Assembly: GCA_004212155.1 (NCBI GenBank)
Contig: RXIG01000013.1
Location: 1 to 54,671 of the forward strand
Origin: an archaeon
Lineage (GTDB): Archaea > Methanobacteriota_B > Thermococci > Methanofastidiosales > NM3
Direction of reading: 5' to 3'
DNA length: 54,671 bases
The translations under genes and the position numbers were made by a program. Of this stretch, positions 9,532 to 19,762 are shown in pieces. A model generated the notes under the pieces. The model worked only from the letters and a program-made list of their open reading frames with translations. It was not told where the DNA came from and did not search any database. How positions within the stretch are numbered: the first letter of the stretch is position 1; each line of letters begins with the position of its first letter.

Positions 9532-9792
9532 ATGGATCCCTACAATATCGTTTACTATCCCCTTATCTCTGAAAAGACCGTTGGGATGATGGAGCGTGAG
9601 AACAAGCTCGTTTTCATCGTTTCACGACGTGCAAACAAAGAGGAGATCAAGGAAGCGATCGAGAATCTCTACGAGGTAGAGATCGAGAAGATATCTGTCA
9701 TGATTCAGCCTGACGGCAAGAAGCGAGCATTCGTACGACTTAGGGAAGAGTATCTTGCCGATGAGGTAGCAACGAAGATGGGGGTATTCTAA
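9532..9792 (+). CDS. rpl23: 50S ribosomal protein uL23
   Basis: PLISEK, NKLVFIV, GKKRAFVRL. Confidence 0.97.
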   Translation: MDPYNIVYYPLISEKTVGMMERENKLVFIVSRRANKEEIKEAIENLYEVEIEKISVMIQPDGKKRAFVRLREEYLADEVATKMGVF

Positions 9793-10502
9793 TGGGACAT
9801 AGAATAAGGTCACAGAAGAGGGGCAGAGCGAGTACGAAGTACCGTGCAAACTCAAAGAAGTACAAGACCCGCATCCGCTATACCCACGGCTCTGAAGGCA
9901 TGAGCGCTACCGTGCTCGATGTCAGGCATGACAGCTCCCGTACCTCGCCCATCATGAAGGTGCGCTATGAAAACGGAAAGGATGACCTTCTCCTCGCACC
10001 CGAGGGCATCAAGGTCGGTGACGTGATACACATCGGGGAGAAAGGCTTGCTGCAGGTAGGAAATGTCTTGCCACTCGCCGAGATCCCCGAGGGTACGTTC
10101 ATATATAATATCGAGAACGCGCCTGGAGACGGCGGAAAGATGGTACGTTCGGCTGGTACGTTTGCCACCATCGTCTCGCACGATGTGAAGAAGACGGTCG
10201 TGCAGCTCCCCTCGAAGGTCATGAAGACGTTCAACGGATCGTGCAAGGCCACGGTCGGGGTTGTTGCAGGCGGCGGGCGCCACGAAAAACCGTTCTTGAA
10301 GGCGGGTAAGAAGTACCATCAGCTCAAAGGCAGACCAATCATATATCCTCGCGTTTCCGCGACGGCAATGAACGTTGTCGACCATCCATTCGGTGGCGGA
10401 GGCCACGACCATGCCGGTCGTCCAACGACCGTGTCACGTTCGACCCCGCCAGGAAGGAAGGTAGGACAGATTGCAGCGAAGCGAACTGGGAGGAGAAGGT
10501 AA
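9792..10502 (+). CDS. rpl2: 50S ribosomal protein uL2
   Basis: GDGGKMVRSAG, AMNVVDHPFGGG, PPGRKVG. Confidence 0.98.
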   Translation: MGHRIRSQKRGRASTKYRANSKKYKTRIRYTHGSEGMSATVLDVRHDSSRTSPIMKVRYENGKDDLLLAPEGIKVGDVIHIGEKGLLQVGNVLPLAEIPEGTFIYNIENAPGDGGKMVRSAGTFATIVSHDVKKTVVQLPSKVMKTFNGSCKATVGVVAGGGRHEKPFLKAGKKYHQLKGRPIIYPRVSATAMNVVDHPFGGGGHDHAGRPTTVSRSTPPGRKVGQIAAKRTGRRR

Positions 10503-10910
10503 ATGGCGAGAAAGAAGTTTGTTTACAAGGGATACGAGCTGGAAGAATTGCAGAAGTTACCAATGCAGGACTTCATCTCTCTCATCCCTTCACGGCAGCG
10601 CAGGTCTTTGCGCAAGGGATTCTCTGAGAAGCAGAAGAAGCTCCTCCTTCGTCTGAGGAAAGCCAAGGAGGCAATGAATGAAGAAAAGCGCGTAGTCATC
10701 AGGACGCACTGCAGGGACATGATCGTCCTTCCCGAGATGGTAGGCCTTACCATAGGCATACACAACGGGAAGGAATTCAAACTCGTTGAGATCGTCCCTG
10801 AGATGGTCGGACACTACTTTGGCGAGTTCGCCTTGTCACGAGGCAGGGTGCGCCACAGTTCACCGGGTGTCGGTGCGACCAAGTCGTCGATGTACGTGCC
10901 GCTGAAGTGA
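10503..10910 (+). CDS. rps19: 30S ribosomal protein uS19
   Basis: IRTHCRDMIVLPEMVG, GHYFGEF, PGVGATKSS. Confidence 0.98.
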   Translation: MARKKFVYKGYELEELQKLPMQDFISLIPSRQRRSLRKGFSEKQKKLLLRLRKAKEAMNEEKRVVIRTHCRDMIVLPEMVGLTIGIHNGKEFKLVEIVPEMVGHYFGEFALSRGRVRHSSPGVGATKSSMYVPLK

Positions 10911-10923
10911 GGAGATGATATCA

Positions 10924-11382
10924 ATGGCTGCATACTCATACACGAAGGACCTTGACGAGACGCGCACCGCGAAAGTGTACGGAAAGGACCTCAGGATCTC
11001 ACCGAAACATGCTGTCGAGCTGGCTCGAGAGCTCAAAGGAAAAAAACTCGACACTGCCAGGCAATACCTTGAGGACGTCATCGCCAAGAAACGGGCGGTG
11101 CCATTCCGCAAGTACAACAAGAAGGTCGGGCACAAGAGAGGATTGGTCGGTTGGGATGCTGGACGATACCCCGTAAAGGCGAGCAAGGAATACTTGAAGC
11201 TGCTTCATCAGCTTCAGGCCAACGCCGAGTACAAGGGGCTCGAGGCGGACAAGCTCCGCATTATCCACGCCTCCTCATACAAGAGCCGAGAGATACCCGG
11301 ATTCCTCCCACGAGCCTACGGACGTGGAACGCCGTTCAATCAGGAGCTGACCAACATCGAGATGATTGTGGAGGAGAGGTAA
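10924..11382 (+). CDS. rpl22: 50S ribosomal protein uL22
   Basis: [28 protein letters not shown]. Alternative ATG at 10915. Confidence 0.97.
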   Translation: MAAYSYTKDLDETRTAKVYGKDLRISPKHAVELARELKGKKLDTARQYLEDVIAKKRAVPFRKYNKKVGHKRGLVGWDAGRYPVKASKEYLKLLHQLQANAEYKGLEADKLRIIHASSYKSREIPGFLPRAYGRGTPFNQELTNIEMIVEER

Positions 11383-12314
11383 TGGCTATAGAGAGACGAT
11401 TCATCGAAGAGAACATCAAGAACGCCAGCATCGACGAATACCTGGCAAAGACACTGGAGCGAGCCGGGTATGGTGGAGTGGACATCAAGCGAAGTCCGCT
11501 TGGCACCCGCATCATCGTTCGTGTCGAGACGCCGGGAGTCGTGATAGGCCGCAAGGGGCGCTCGATCCGAAAGCTCACGACAGACCTTGAGCAGGAGTTC
11601 AATCTTGAAAAGCCGCAGATTGAGGTGGAGAACCTACCTAATCCGGAATTCAACGCCAACGTTATGGCCAATCTCCTCGCATCCGATCTGGAAAAGGGCC
11701 TTCACTTCAGGAGGGCCGCGTACTTCCTCTTGCGAAAGATCATGAACTCCGGGGCAAAAGGTGTTGAGATACTCATCTCTGGTAAGATCACGGGCGAGCG
11801 TTCACGTTCGGTCCGATTCTATCAGGGCTATATCAAGAAATCAGGCAATCCTGCGCTAGAGAACGTATCGACTGGCTATGCAACTGCAAACAGGAAACTC
11901 GGTACGATAGGCGTACGAGTGAAGATCATGCCTGAAGAAATATCACTTCCTGATGAAGTAACGATCAAGGACATCGATATACCCGTGCCCCACGAGGAGG
12001 AAGTCCCTCCCGAGGAAGCTGAGGTGGAGATGACCGAGGAAGAAGCGGAAGAGCCGCTCCCCCAGGCTGAACAGGCACCTGAGGAAGCATCTGGGACGGA
12101 GGAAGAAGAACCCCTCCCCGAAGCTGAAAAGGCACCAGAACCTGAGGAGCCAAAGGAAGCACCAGCAGAGGAGCCAGAAAAGGAAAAAGCTAAGGCTCCT
12201 GCAAAAAAGAAAGCAAAGAAGGCTCCCTCCAAAGCTGAAAAGGCACCAGAACCTGAGGAGCCAAAGGAAGCACCAGCAGAGGAGCCAGAAAAGCAGAAGG
12301 AGGAGGGTGCATAA
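11382..12314 (+). CDS. rps3: 30S ribosomal protein uS3 with a long Glu/Pro/Ala/Lys-rich C-terminal tail
   Basis: The ATG overlapping the rpl22 stop gives MAIERRFI; KH motif PGVVIGRKG; [12 protein letters not shown]. The ORF-track start at 11151 is a spurious extension. Confidence 0.97.
   Translation: MAIERRFIEENIKNASIDEYLAKTLERAGYGGVDIKRSPLGTRIIVRVETPGVVIGRKGRSIRKLTTDLEQEFNLEKPQIEVENLPNPEFNANVMANLLASDLEKGLHFRRAAYFLLRKIMNSGAKGVEILISGKITGERSRSVRFYQGYIKKSGNPALENVSTGYATANRKLGTIGVRVKIMPEEISLPDEVTIKDIDIPVPHEEEVPPEEAEVEMTEEEAEEPLPQAEQAPEEASGTEEEEPLPEAEKAPEPEEPKEAPAEEPEKEKAKAPAKKKAKKAPSKAEKAPEPEEPKEAPAEEPEKQKEEGA
12121..12293 (+). repeat. 62-bp perfect direct repeat in the rps3 tail (12121-12182 and 12232-12293)
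   Basis: AAGCTGAAAAGGCACCAGAACCTGAGGAGCCAAAGGAAGCACCAGCAGAGGAGCCAGAAAAG occurs twice, encoding [20 protein letters not shown]. Confidence 0.95.
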
Positions 12315-12526
12315 TGGCAATACTCAGAAGCGATGACATACGCGAGCTCAGCGAGGAAGAGATGGTCAACAAGCGAAATGAACTACTCTTCGAGCTGGCA
12401 CGAGAGCGTGCACTCCTTGCTACAGGGTCTGCGCCCGAGAATCCTGGACGGATTCGTGAGCTTAAGCGGACCATCGCCAGGATTAATACTATCCTCAACC
12501 AAGTCAAAAAAGATAAGGAGAGTTGA
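12314..12526 (+). CDS. rpl29: 50S ribosomal protein uL29
   Basis: [28 protein letters not shown]. Confidence 0.97.
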   Translation: MAILRSDDIRELSEEEMVNKRNELLFELARERALLATGSAPENPGRIRELKRTIARINTILNQVKKDKES

Positions 12527-12533
12527 GTGGAGA

Positions 12534-12869
12534 ATGGCTGAAGTATGCCCAAAATGTGGACTTCCAAAGGAGTTATGCGTTTGTGAAGAGATCGCAATCG
12601 AGGATCAGCAGATACGAATAACGACGGTACGTCGCCGGTTTGGAAAGATCATGACGATTGTCGAGGGATTCGATAAGGACATCGATGTCAAGGAACTTGG
12701 CAAGGACCTCAAGGCGCGTTGCGCATGCGGCGGGACCATGAAGGACAACAAGATCGAGCTGCAAGGAAATCATGCAAAACGGGTGAAGTCCATCCTCGTT
12801 GAGATGGGGTATTCACCGGAGATGGTCGATGTCGATGAATCGCGAAGTGCTGGTAGGAAGCGACGCTAA
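12534..12869 (+). CDS. sui1: Translation initiation factor aIF1/SUI1
   Basis: [35 protein letters not shown]; ATG at 12534. Confidence 0.95.
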   Translation: MAEVCPKCGLPKELCVCEEIAIEDQQIRITTVRRRFGKIMTIVEGFDKDIDVKELGKDLKARCACGGTMKDNKIELQGNHAKRVKSILVEMGYSPEMVDVDESRSAGRKRR

Positions 12870-13089
12870 GGTGATAGGCAGCAGCAATCCTTCCGATGTT
12901 GGAATCAAGGGAACGATCGTCGATGAAACTGCACATATGCTGGACATTGAGGATGAGAACGGAACCATACGGCGCATAATAAAGAAGAACGTTATCTTGG
13001 AAATAGATGGAGTCCATGTTGATGGCATGACGATACTAGGAAGGTCTGAAAACAGAATCAAGAATCGTATAAAACTTAAAAGGAGATAA
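12835..13089 (+). CDS. rnp1: RNase P protein component 1 (Rpp29)
   Basis: [10 protein letters not shown]...[13 protein letters not shown]; conserved position between sui1 and rps17. Confidence 0.9.
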   Translation: MNREVLVGSDAKVIGSSNPSDVGIKGTIVDETAHMLDIEDENGTIRRIIKKNVILEIDGVHVDGMTILGRSENRIKNRIKLKRR

Positions 13090-13093
13090 TAAT

Positions 13094-13405
13094 ATGATCG
13101 GACTTAATGTCAAAGAACCATCCACCACGTGCGACGACAAGAACTGTCCGTTTCACGGCTCCTTGTCAGTGCACGGGAGGGTATTCGATGCGGAGGTAGT
13201 AAGCGACAAGATGAGGAAATCGGTCGTTGTCAAGCGAGAGCACATGAAGTTCGTCGATAAGTATGAACGGTACGAGAAGAGGACATCGCGCCTCACCGCT
13301 CATAACCCTCCGTGCATCGACGCAAAGGCGGGAGATCGGGTACGCGTAGCTGAGTGCAGGCCCCTCTCCAAGACCAAGAGCTATGTTATCGTTGAGGTGA
13401 TGTGA
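13094..13405 (+). CDS. rps17: 30S ribosomal protein uS17
   Basis: [27 protein letters not shown]. Confidence 0.98.
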   Translation: MIGLNVKEPSTTCDDKNCPFHGSLSVHGRVFDAEVVSDKMRKSVVVKREHMKFVDKYERYEKRTSRLTAHNPPCIDAKAGDRVRVAECRPLSKTKSYVIVEVM

Positions 13406-13406
13406 T

Positions 13407-13829
13407 ATGGCAAAGGGTGCAGGAGCGACGAGGGGAAGGTCCCCCGTGCGTCCCGGAAGGGCGCTCACGACGGGATCACGCCTCATATGCGCAGACAACA
13501 CCGGCGCCAAGGAGCTCGAGATTATCGCGGTCCTTGGTTACAAGGGTAAGAAGCGCCGTTACCCCAAGGCGGGAATAGGCGACATGGTGTTTGCCTCAGT
13601 GAAGAAGGGACGCCCAAATATCAGGAAGACCGTGGTCAACGCCGTTATCGTACGACAGAAGAAGGAGTACATGCGCCTCGACGGCACACGTGTGAAGTTC
13701 GAGGACAACGCAGCCGTCATCACGGGCCTCGATGGGGTGCCCAAGGGATCGGAGGCGCGCGGACCTGTCGCTAAGGAGTCGGTGGAGCGCTGGCTCAAGA
13801 TATCTGGCATTTCCAGCATAATCGTGTGA
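13407..13829 (+). CDS. rpl14: 50S ribosomal protein uL14
   Basis: [28 protein letters not shown]. Confidence 0.98.
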   Translation: MAKGAGATRGRSPVRPGRALTTGSRLICADNTGAKELEIIAVLGYKGKKRRYPKAGIGDMVFASVKKGRPNIRKTVVNAVIVRQKKEYMRLDGTRVKFEDNAAVITGLDGVPKGSEARGPVAKESVERWLKISGISSIIV

Positions 13830-13839
13830 AGGTGATATT

Positions 13840-14199
13840 ATGGTTACACGCTCACCCAGGAAACAGAGAAAAAAGTTGTATAAGATGCCACAGCATCGAA
13901 GACACAAGGTGCTACAAGCACCGCTTAACAGCGAGCTTCGAGGCCAGTACGGGGCCCACTCGATGCCTGTTCGCAAGGGCGACAAGGTACGTATCACGAG
14001 GGGCGACTATGTTGGTCATGAAGGAGAGATCACGCACATTGACCGGAAGGCCACGAAGATTAATGTCGAGGGCGCGACAATCGAGAAGACCGACGGAACC
14101 GAGCGTTCCTATTCGATTCACCCATCCAACGTTGAGATCACACAGTTGGGAACTACTGATGAAATGAGAAAGAAGAGTATAGAGAAGAAGGGATGGTGA
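13840..14199 (+). CDS. rpl24: 50S ribosomal protein uL24
   Basis: PRKQRK, VRKGDKVRITRGD, IHPSNV. Confidence 0.97.
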   Translation: MVTRSPRKQRKKLYKMPQHRRHKVLQAPLNSELRGQYGAHSMPVRKGDKVRITRGDYVGHEGEITHIDRKATKINVEGATIEKTDGTERSYSIHPSNVEITQLGTTDEMRKKSIEKKGW

Positions 14200-14203
14200 G
14201 CAC

Positions 14204-14929
14204 GTGGGAAGAAAAGGAGACGGTAAGAGTTTGAAGAGGTCATTCGCACCTCGGCAATGGAAAATACACAGGAAAGAGAACGTGTGGACGATACGCAATA
14301 TGGCGGGTCCCCACTCTTCGGAATTATCCATTCCTATAACGTTCATCCTCCGCGACTATCTGGGCTATGCCCGCAACGTGCGCGAGGTGAAAAAGATACT
14401 CAATGAGGGTCTCGTCCTTGTCAATGGTAAGGCTCATAAGGACTACCGCTTTCCCGTTGGTGTCATGGACATAATCGAGATACCCCGCACTGAGGAATAC
14501 TACCGTGTGGTGCCCGACTACAAGGGGTCGCTCACGCTCCATCCGATCAGTGCTGATGAGAAGGACAAAAAGCTGTACAAGATAAGCAACATCATAGCCC
14601 TGAAGGGCGGAAAGTACCAGCTCAACTTCCACGACGGGAATAACTACGTCACGACCAAGAAGTACAACACCTACGAGAGTGTCATCTTCGACCTCGACAA
14701 GAACGAGATCGTCGATACCGTGCCCCTCGAGGAGGGGAGTGTTGTGCTCATCGTTTCCGGCCGTAACGTCTCGCATATCGGCAAGATCGTGGAGATCCAG
14801 AACTTCGGCATGAATCCGGACACGGTCACGTTGGAATCGAGCAAGGGGACGTTCCAGACGCTCAAGGACTACGTCATCGCGGTCGGCACGGGCTCAAAAC
14901 CCATGATTTCACTACCGGAAGGTGAGTAA
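14204..14929 (+). CDS. rps4e: 30S ribosomal protein eS4
   Basis: [28 protein letters not shown]; GTG start with GGTGA SD. Confidence 0.97.
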   Translation: MGRKGDGKSLKRSFAPRQWKIHRKENVWTIRNMAGPHSSELSIPITFILRDYLGYARNVREVKKILNEGLVLVNGKAHKDYRFPVGVMDIIEIPRTEEYYRVVPDYKGSLTLHPISADEKDKKLYKISNIIALKGGKYQLNFHDGNNYVTTKKYNTYESVIFDLDKNEIVDTVPLEEGSVVLIVSGRNVSHIGKIVEIQNFGMNPDTVTLESSKGTFQTLKDYVIAVGTGSKPMISLPEGE

Positions 14930-14931
14930 GG

Positions 14932-15435
14932 ATGGCTATCACACAACCGCGCATTCACAAGGTCACGGTCCATATGGGAATTGGCGAGTCAGGCGACATG
15001 CTACAGAAGGCGGCCAATCTCCTCGAGGAACTCGTTGGCCAGAAGACCGTCATGCGGGCTGCCAAGAAGACCAACAGGGACTTTGGCATTCGCAAGGGAG
15101 AACCAATCGCTGTCATGAGTACCCTTCGCGGTGAGAAGGCAGATGACTTCCTCAAACGCGCGTTCGAGGCGGTCGAGAACAGGATACCCTCGTCGAACTT
15201 CGATGACCATGGCAACTTCGCCTTTGGGATCAGGGAACACATCGACCTTCCCAAGGTCAGGTATGAACCCAAGATAGGCATATTCGGCATGGACGTCTGC
15301 GTGACGCTCGAACGTGTTGGATACCGTATTGGGCGAAGGAAGCTCCAGAAGAAGAAGCTCACGTCTCGTGTGCGTCTCTCTAAACAAGAGGGTATCGATT
15401 TCATCAAGGAGAAATATGGAGTTGATATAGCATGA
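14932..15435 (+). CDS. rpl5: 50S ribosomal protein uL5
   Basis: [34 protein letters not shown]. Confidence 0.98.
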   Translation: MAITQPRIHKVTVHMGIGESGDMLQKAANLLEELVGQKTVMRAAKKTNRDFGIRKGEPIAVMSTLRGEKADDFLKRAFEAVENRIPSSNFDDHGNFAFGIREHIDLPKVRYEPKIGIFGMDVCVTLERVGYRIGRRKLQKKKLTSRVRLSKQEGIDFIKEKYGVDIA

Positions 15436-15578
15436 GCAGTGATTCATTCGGAAGGGGCAGCCGCAAGTGCAGGCGATGTGGAAGTCATGGGCCTGTCATT
15501 CGACGGTACGGGCTCATGATTTGCCGCAGATGTTTTAGGGAAATAGCGCCGAAGATCGGCTTTAAGAAATATAGTTAG
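15432..15578 (+). CDS. rps14: 30S ribosomal protein uS14 (zinc-binding type)
   Basis: Too short for the ORF track. Translates as [48 protein letters not shown] (48 aa), between rpl5 and rps8. Confidence 0.96.
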   Translation: MSSDSFGRGSRKCRRCGSHGPVIRRYGLMICRRCFREIAPKIGFKKYS

Positions 15579-15587
15579 GTGATGCCG

Positions 15588-15974
15588 ATGTTAAATGATC
15601 CGTTGGCCAATGCATTATCAAACATTGCAAATCATGAGAAAGTGAGGAAACCTTCGTGTACTATCCCGGCCTCCAAGCTTATCGGGAACGTCTTGCGCAT
15701 CCTTCAGAAGTACAGCTTCGTTGGAGCATTCGAGTTCATCGATGACGGAAAGGCGGGACAGTTCAAGATCGAGCTCCTCGGTAACGTAAACCGTTGCGGT
15801 GTCATCAAACCACGGTATGCGGTTGAGAAGGATGGATATGAGAAGTTTGAGCGACGATACTTGCCCGCACGCGGGTTTGGCATCCTCGTCGTCTCGACGC
15901 CCGAGGGCGTGATGAGCCACGAGGAGGCTGCCGAAGTAGGACACGGCGGTCGATTGCTTGCGTATGTATATTAG
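15588..15974 (+). CDS. rps8: 30S ribosomal protein uS8
   Basis: [39 protein letters not shown]. Confidence 0.98.
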   Translation: MLNDPLANALSNIANHEKVRKPSCTIPASKLIGNVLRILQKYSFVGAFEFIDDGKAGQFKIELLGNVNRCGVIKPRYAVEKDGYEKFERRYLPARGFGILVVSTPEGVMSHEEAAEVGHGGRLLAYVY

Positions 15975-15983
15975 GTGATGACG

Positions 15984-16535
15984 ATGTTGGTAGAAGAGTT
16001 AAAAGAGGAAATCGAGATGCCCGAGGACGTCACGATGACGCTTTCCGGTCGCACCCTCGTCCTCGAGGGTCCAAAAGGAAAGCTCGAGCGGACGTTCAAG
16101 TACCCTACCATTTCCCTTCATTCGAAGGATGGGTCGATCGTGCTTTCAGTGGCATATCCCCGCAAGCCCGACAAGGCAGCGCTCTACACATTGCTTTCCC
16201 ATATCCGTAACATGATACATGGTGTCGAGGGCGGATACACGTATAAGCTTCGTGTGGTCTATGCACACTTTCCGCTCAACATCAAGGCTGAGGGCGACAA
16301 GGTCGTCATAGAGAATTACCTCGGGGAGCGACATCCCCGTATTGCCCGCATCGTGGGCGATACGAAGGTGAAGATCTCAGGGGACGAGATACTGGTCGAA
16401 GGCATCAACAAGGAACACGTTGGACAAACGACTGCCAATCTCGAACACGCGACGCGCGTGATCAAGCGTGATCCTCGCGTGTTCCAGGACGGCATCTACC
16501 TTGTTGAACGCAACGGCGTACCTCTGAGGTGGTGA
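15984..16535 (+). CDS. rpl6: 50S ribosomal protein uL6
   Basis: GPKGKL, SHIRNMI, YAHFP, NYLGER, DPRVFQDGIY. Confidence 0.98.
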   Translation: MLVEELKEEIEMPEDVTMTLSGRTLVLEGPKGKLERTFKYPTISLHSKDGSIVLSVAYPRKPDKAALYTLLSHIRNMIHGVEGGYTYKLRVVYAHFPLNIKAEGDKVVIENYLGERHPRIARIVGDTKVKISGDEILVEGINKEHVGQTTANLEHATRVIKRDPRVFQDGIYLVERNGVPLRW

Positions 16536-16540
16536 GACAG

Positions 16541-17074
16541 ATGAGTGAACGATTATTGAGACTTCGCAAACAGGCGTCAAGGAAACGCCCCGCGTTCAAC
16601 CGACAGGAAACATGGAAGTTGAAGCGATTCAAGAACAACCCAACATGGAGGAAACCGCGCGGACATTCGTCGAAGATGCGACGCAAGCTCAAGGGCAATC
16701 CAGCCCTCGTTTCCATCGGCTACCGCGGTCCGAAGGCGGTCCGTTACTTCCATCCGAGCGGTGCTCCTGAGCACTATGTCACCAACGTGGCAGAGATGGA
16801 GAGAGTGCCCGAGGGCACTGTGGCCCGCATAGCCTCCGCGGTGGGCACGAAGAAGAAGGCCCTCCTCATGGCCAAGGCGCATGAGCGGGGCATCAGGGTC
16901 GTCAATCCCCGCGTGAAGTTCGTCTATGTCGATTCGGTCGAGGCGCTGGAACGCTATGCGCCGCTCAAGGACGTGATCACGACGTTCAAGCTGGCCAAGG
17001 TTGGGGAAGAGGACGAACTGTCGATACGGGACAGGGCCGATGAGCTCAAGATACCACTTGAGGAGGGAGTGTGA
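16541..17074 (+). CDS. rpl32e: 50S ribosomal protein eL32 with a 54-aa C-terminal extension
   Basis: PAFNRQE, WRKPRG, IGYRGPK, HPSG, IASAVGTKKK, GIRVVN, then an extra module. Confidence 0.95.
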   Translation: MSERLLRLRKQASRKRPAFNRQETWKLKRFKNNPTWRKPRGHSSKMRRKLKGNPALVSIGYRGPKAVRYFHPSGAPEHYVTNVAEMERVPEGTVARIASAVGTKKKALLMAKAHERGIRVVNPRVKFVYVDSVEALERYAPLKDVITTFKLAKVGEEDELSIRDRADELKIPLEEGV

Positions 17075-17079
17075 ACACG

Positions 17080-17541
17080 ATGGATCTGAAGGTACAGAAG
17101 AGAATAGCGTCTGATGTGCTCGGATGCGGTCTTGGCCGCATCTGGATCGATCCGGACAAGGCAGAGGAAGTGAGCATGGCCATTACACGCCAAGACATCC
17201 GAAGACTCGTGTCAAACGGCGTCATCAAGAAGAAGCAGGAGAACGGCATCTCGCGCCACCGCGCACGAAAGAACCATCTCCAACGCAAGCGTGGACGCCG
17301 CCGCGGTCACGGAACGCTCAAGGGTCCGAAGTTCTCTCGCTACTCGCGTAAGGAACGCTGGATGAACACCATTCGCCCGCTTCGCAAGGAGCTCAAGAGG
17401 ATGTATGGCGACGAAGAGATCACAACACCCTCGTATCGCAAGCTCTACCGCATGGCAACTGGTGGCGCGTTCAGGTCGATCGAGTACATGAAGACGTACA
17501 TGAAGGACCACAATCTCTATGAAGGAGGAAGTAATAGATGA
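17080..17541 (+). CDS. rpl19e: 50S ribosomal protein eL19
   Basis: QKRIASDVL, RIWIDP, GRRRGHG, YRKLYRMA.GG.F. Confidence 0.97.
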   Translation: MDLKVQKRIASDVLGCGLGRIWIDPDKAEEVSMAITRQDIRRLVSNGVIKKKQENGISRHRARKNHLQRKRGRRRGHGTLKGPKFSRYSRKERWMNTIRPLRKELKRMYGDEEITTPSYRKLYRMATGGAFRSIEYMKTYMKDHNLYEGGSNR

Positions 17542-18116
17542 AAGGACCACGTTATTCAGTTCATTTCAGAAGGCGCAGAGAGGGCAAGACGGATTTCCGT
17601 TCACGACGCAGCATGCTCTACTCGGGCAAGCCGCGCCTGGTGGTGAGAAAGTCGCTCAAACACATATGGGCGCAGATCATCATGCCCGGGGAGAAGGGCG
17701 ATAGCGTCCTTGTCTCATCGCACTCAAAGGAGCTTCCCGCATACGGGTGGAACTGTTCCTGCTCCAACACGCCTGCCGCGTACCTTACAGGTCTCCTTTG
17801 CGGGGTCAAGGCTCGCAACGCAGGCATCGAGAACGCGATACTCGACATGGGTCTTCGCGATGTCGTCAAGGGCTCTGCGGTGTTTGCCTGTCTCAAGGGA
17901 TTCGCGGATGCGGGCGTTCCGATTCCATTCAATGAATCGGTCGTTCCAAGCGATGATCGCCTGACCGGACAACACATCGTGAACCATTACGAGTCGCTTG
18001 ACGAGGAAGAACGGAAGAAGCGATTCGGTGGCTATCTCAAGAACAAGGTCGATGTGAACGCAATCCCGGACTTCTTCGAGAAGACCAAGGAACAGATATT
18101 AAGCAAGCAGGAGTAA
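17538..18116 (+). CDS. rpl18: 50S ribosomal protein uL18
   Basis: [26 protein letters not shown]. Confidence 0.98.
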   Translation: MKGPRYSVHFRRRREGKTDFRSRRSMLYSGKPRLVVRKSLKHIWAQIIMPGEKGDSVLVSSHSKELPAYGWNCSCSNTPAAYLTGLLCGVKARNAGIENAILDMGLRDVVKGSAVFACLKGFADAGVPIPFNESVVPSDDRLTGQHIVNHYESLDEEERKKRFGGYLKNKVDVNAIPDFFEKTKEQILSKQE

Positions 18117-18127
18117 AGAGGGATCAC

Positions 18128-18826
18128 ATGGCTAGAGAAGATAAGTCCAAAAAGGAACAAACGCGCGTTGATGATTCATGGGTCCCCAAAACGGAATTGG
18201 GAAAGGCCGTCAAATCAGGCAAAATCAAGGACATTAGCGAGATATTCGAACGCAATCTCCCCATGTTGGAAACTGAGATCATCGATTATCTCCTCCCAGA
18301 ACTCTCGGAGCGAGAGTTCCAGGAGGTTCTTTCCGTCAACATGGTGCAGCGCATGACCGACTCGGGCAGGAGGGTCAAGTTCTCCTGTATCGTCGTCATC
18401 GGCAACAAGGACGGATATGTCGGCCTCGGACAGGGCAAGGCGCAGGAAGTGGGGCCTGCCATCCGAAAGGCAATCACCGACGCAAAGCTCAATTTGATTC
18501 AGATCAAGCGCGGATGCGGGTCGTGGGAATGTGGCTGCGGAAAGCCGCATACCATCCCCTTCCAGGTTCGCGGTCGTTCATCAAGCGTCTCCGTGACGCT
18601 CCTTCCAGGCCCGCGCGGCCTTGGCATCACCATGGGCGACGTCGGCAAGAAGATACTGGGGCTCGCTGGCATCAAAGACGTCTGGTCACGTTCATACGGC
18701 CAGACCCAGACGACGCTCAACATGGCACTTGCCATCTTCGACGCGCTCAAGCAGACGAACAACATCAGTGTGCAGCAGCGTCATGTCGAACGGATAGGCA
18801 TCATGCCAGGCAAGTCTAGGGAGTAG
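18128..18826 (+). CDS. rps5: 30S ribosomal protein uS5
   Basis: [36 protein letters not shown]. Confidence 0.98.
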   Translation: MAREDKSKKEQTRVDDSWVPKTELGKAVKSGKIKDISEIFERNLPMLETEIIDYLLPELSEREFQEVLSVNMVQRMTDSGRRVKFSCIVVIGNKDGYVGLGQGKAQEVGPAIRKAITDAKLNLIQIKRGCGSWECGCGKPHTIPFQVRGRSSSVSVTLLPGPRGLGITMGDVGKKILGLAGIKDVWSRSYGQTQTTLNMALAIFDALKQTNNISVQQRHVERIGIMPGKSRE

Positions 18827-18834
18827 TGAGGACA

Positions 18835-19296
18835 ATGAAACGAATGGTCGCTATAAGAATACGGGGCACGGTCGGCGTCAGGAAGACGATCAAGGATACA
18901 CTTGACCTATTGAAGCTTCCCCGCGTGTCCAGCTGTGTGGTCATTGACGACAGGGAGTCATATCTCGGCATGCTGCAAAAGGCAAAGGATTACACAACCT
19001 ACGGCGAGATTTCCCATGACGCCCTCAAGCAACTCGTCCTCAAATGGGGAAGACTCCCTGGTGACGAACGCATCGACGAGTCGTTCATCAAGGAGAAGAC
19101 GGGCCTTTCGGCCGACGAGTTCATCACGGGCGTGCTCAACTTCGAGCATGACCTCTCAGAGTTAGGCATTAAGGATACGTTTCGACTTCATCCGCCCCGT
19201 GGCGGATATAAGGACACAAAGCGCGGATACTCCCAGGGCGGATCCCTCGGAGCGCGTGGTGATACAATAAATCACCTTTTGGAACGCATGATGTAG
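18835..19296 (+). CDS. rpl30: 50S ribosomal protein uL30
   Basis: AIRIRG, GMLQKAKDY, FRLHPPRGG. Confidence 0.97.
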   Translation: MKRMVAIRIRGTVGVRKTIKDTLDLLKLPRVSSCVVIDDRESYLGMLQKAKDYTTYGEISHDALKQLVLKWGRLPGDERIDESFIKEKTGLSADEFITGVLNFEHDLSELGIKDTFRLHPPRGGYKDTKRGYSQGGSLGARGDTINHLLERMM

Positions 19297-19305
19297 GTGA
19301 TGTGG

Positions 19306-19752
19306 ATGATACGCAAGACGAGAAAGATCACGAAAATGAGGGGGTCACGGACCTGTGGCGGAGGATGCTCAAAGAAGCGGCGCGGTGCTGGACACCGCGG
19401 TGGCCGCGGAAATGCTGGCTCCGGAAAGGAGAAGAAGCAGAAGAGCACCTGGTTCCAGATACACAAGCCGGGACACATCGGCCGCTATGGATTCCAGAGG
19501 GGCGAGTTCCTTCGCTCTGACCAGTCGGGCATCAATGTCTCCGCTATTGAACAACACCTCGCGGCACTCACCGAAGAGGGATGCGTCGAGTACGACGGCA
19601 CGACGCCGGTCATCGACGTGTCACAGGTCGGCATCCGAAAGGTGCTTGGTAGCGGACGATTGTCAAAACCCATGGTCATCAAGGCCCCCATGTTCAGCAA
19701 GAATGCAAAGGCGAAGATCGAGGAAGCTGGCGGCGAGGCCATTACCCTATAG
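19306..19752 (+). CDS. rpl15: 50S ribosomal protein uL15
   Basis: RGSRTCGGG, RGAGHRGGRGNAG, KVLGSG, AKAKIEEAGG. Confidence 0.97.
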   Translation: MIRKTRKITKMRGSRTCGGGCSKKRRGAGHRGGRGNAGSGKEKKQKSTWFQIHKPGHIGRYGFQRGEFLRSDQSGINVSAIEQHLAALTEEGCVEYDGTTPVIDVSQVGIRKVLGSGRLSKPMVIKAPMFSKNAKAKIEEAGGEAITL

Positions 19753-19762
19753 GTGTTAGCTC

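Noticed and set aside
11151-11381. ORF-track N-terminal extensions (rps3 from 11151; likewise sui1 12333, cmk 21879, rpl18e 26233, helicase 32860, hdrB 48730, ABC ATPase 54438)
   Set aside because: They overlap upstream genes, a tRNA or intergenic DNA. Family homology, and usually an SD, begins at the downstream ATG.
12121-12293. CRISPR-like repeat-spacer-repeat appearance
   Set aside because: Only two 62-bp copies, in frame within rps3, with no cas genes; it is a coding repeat.
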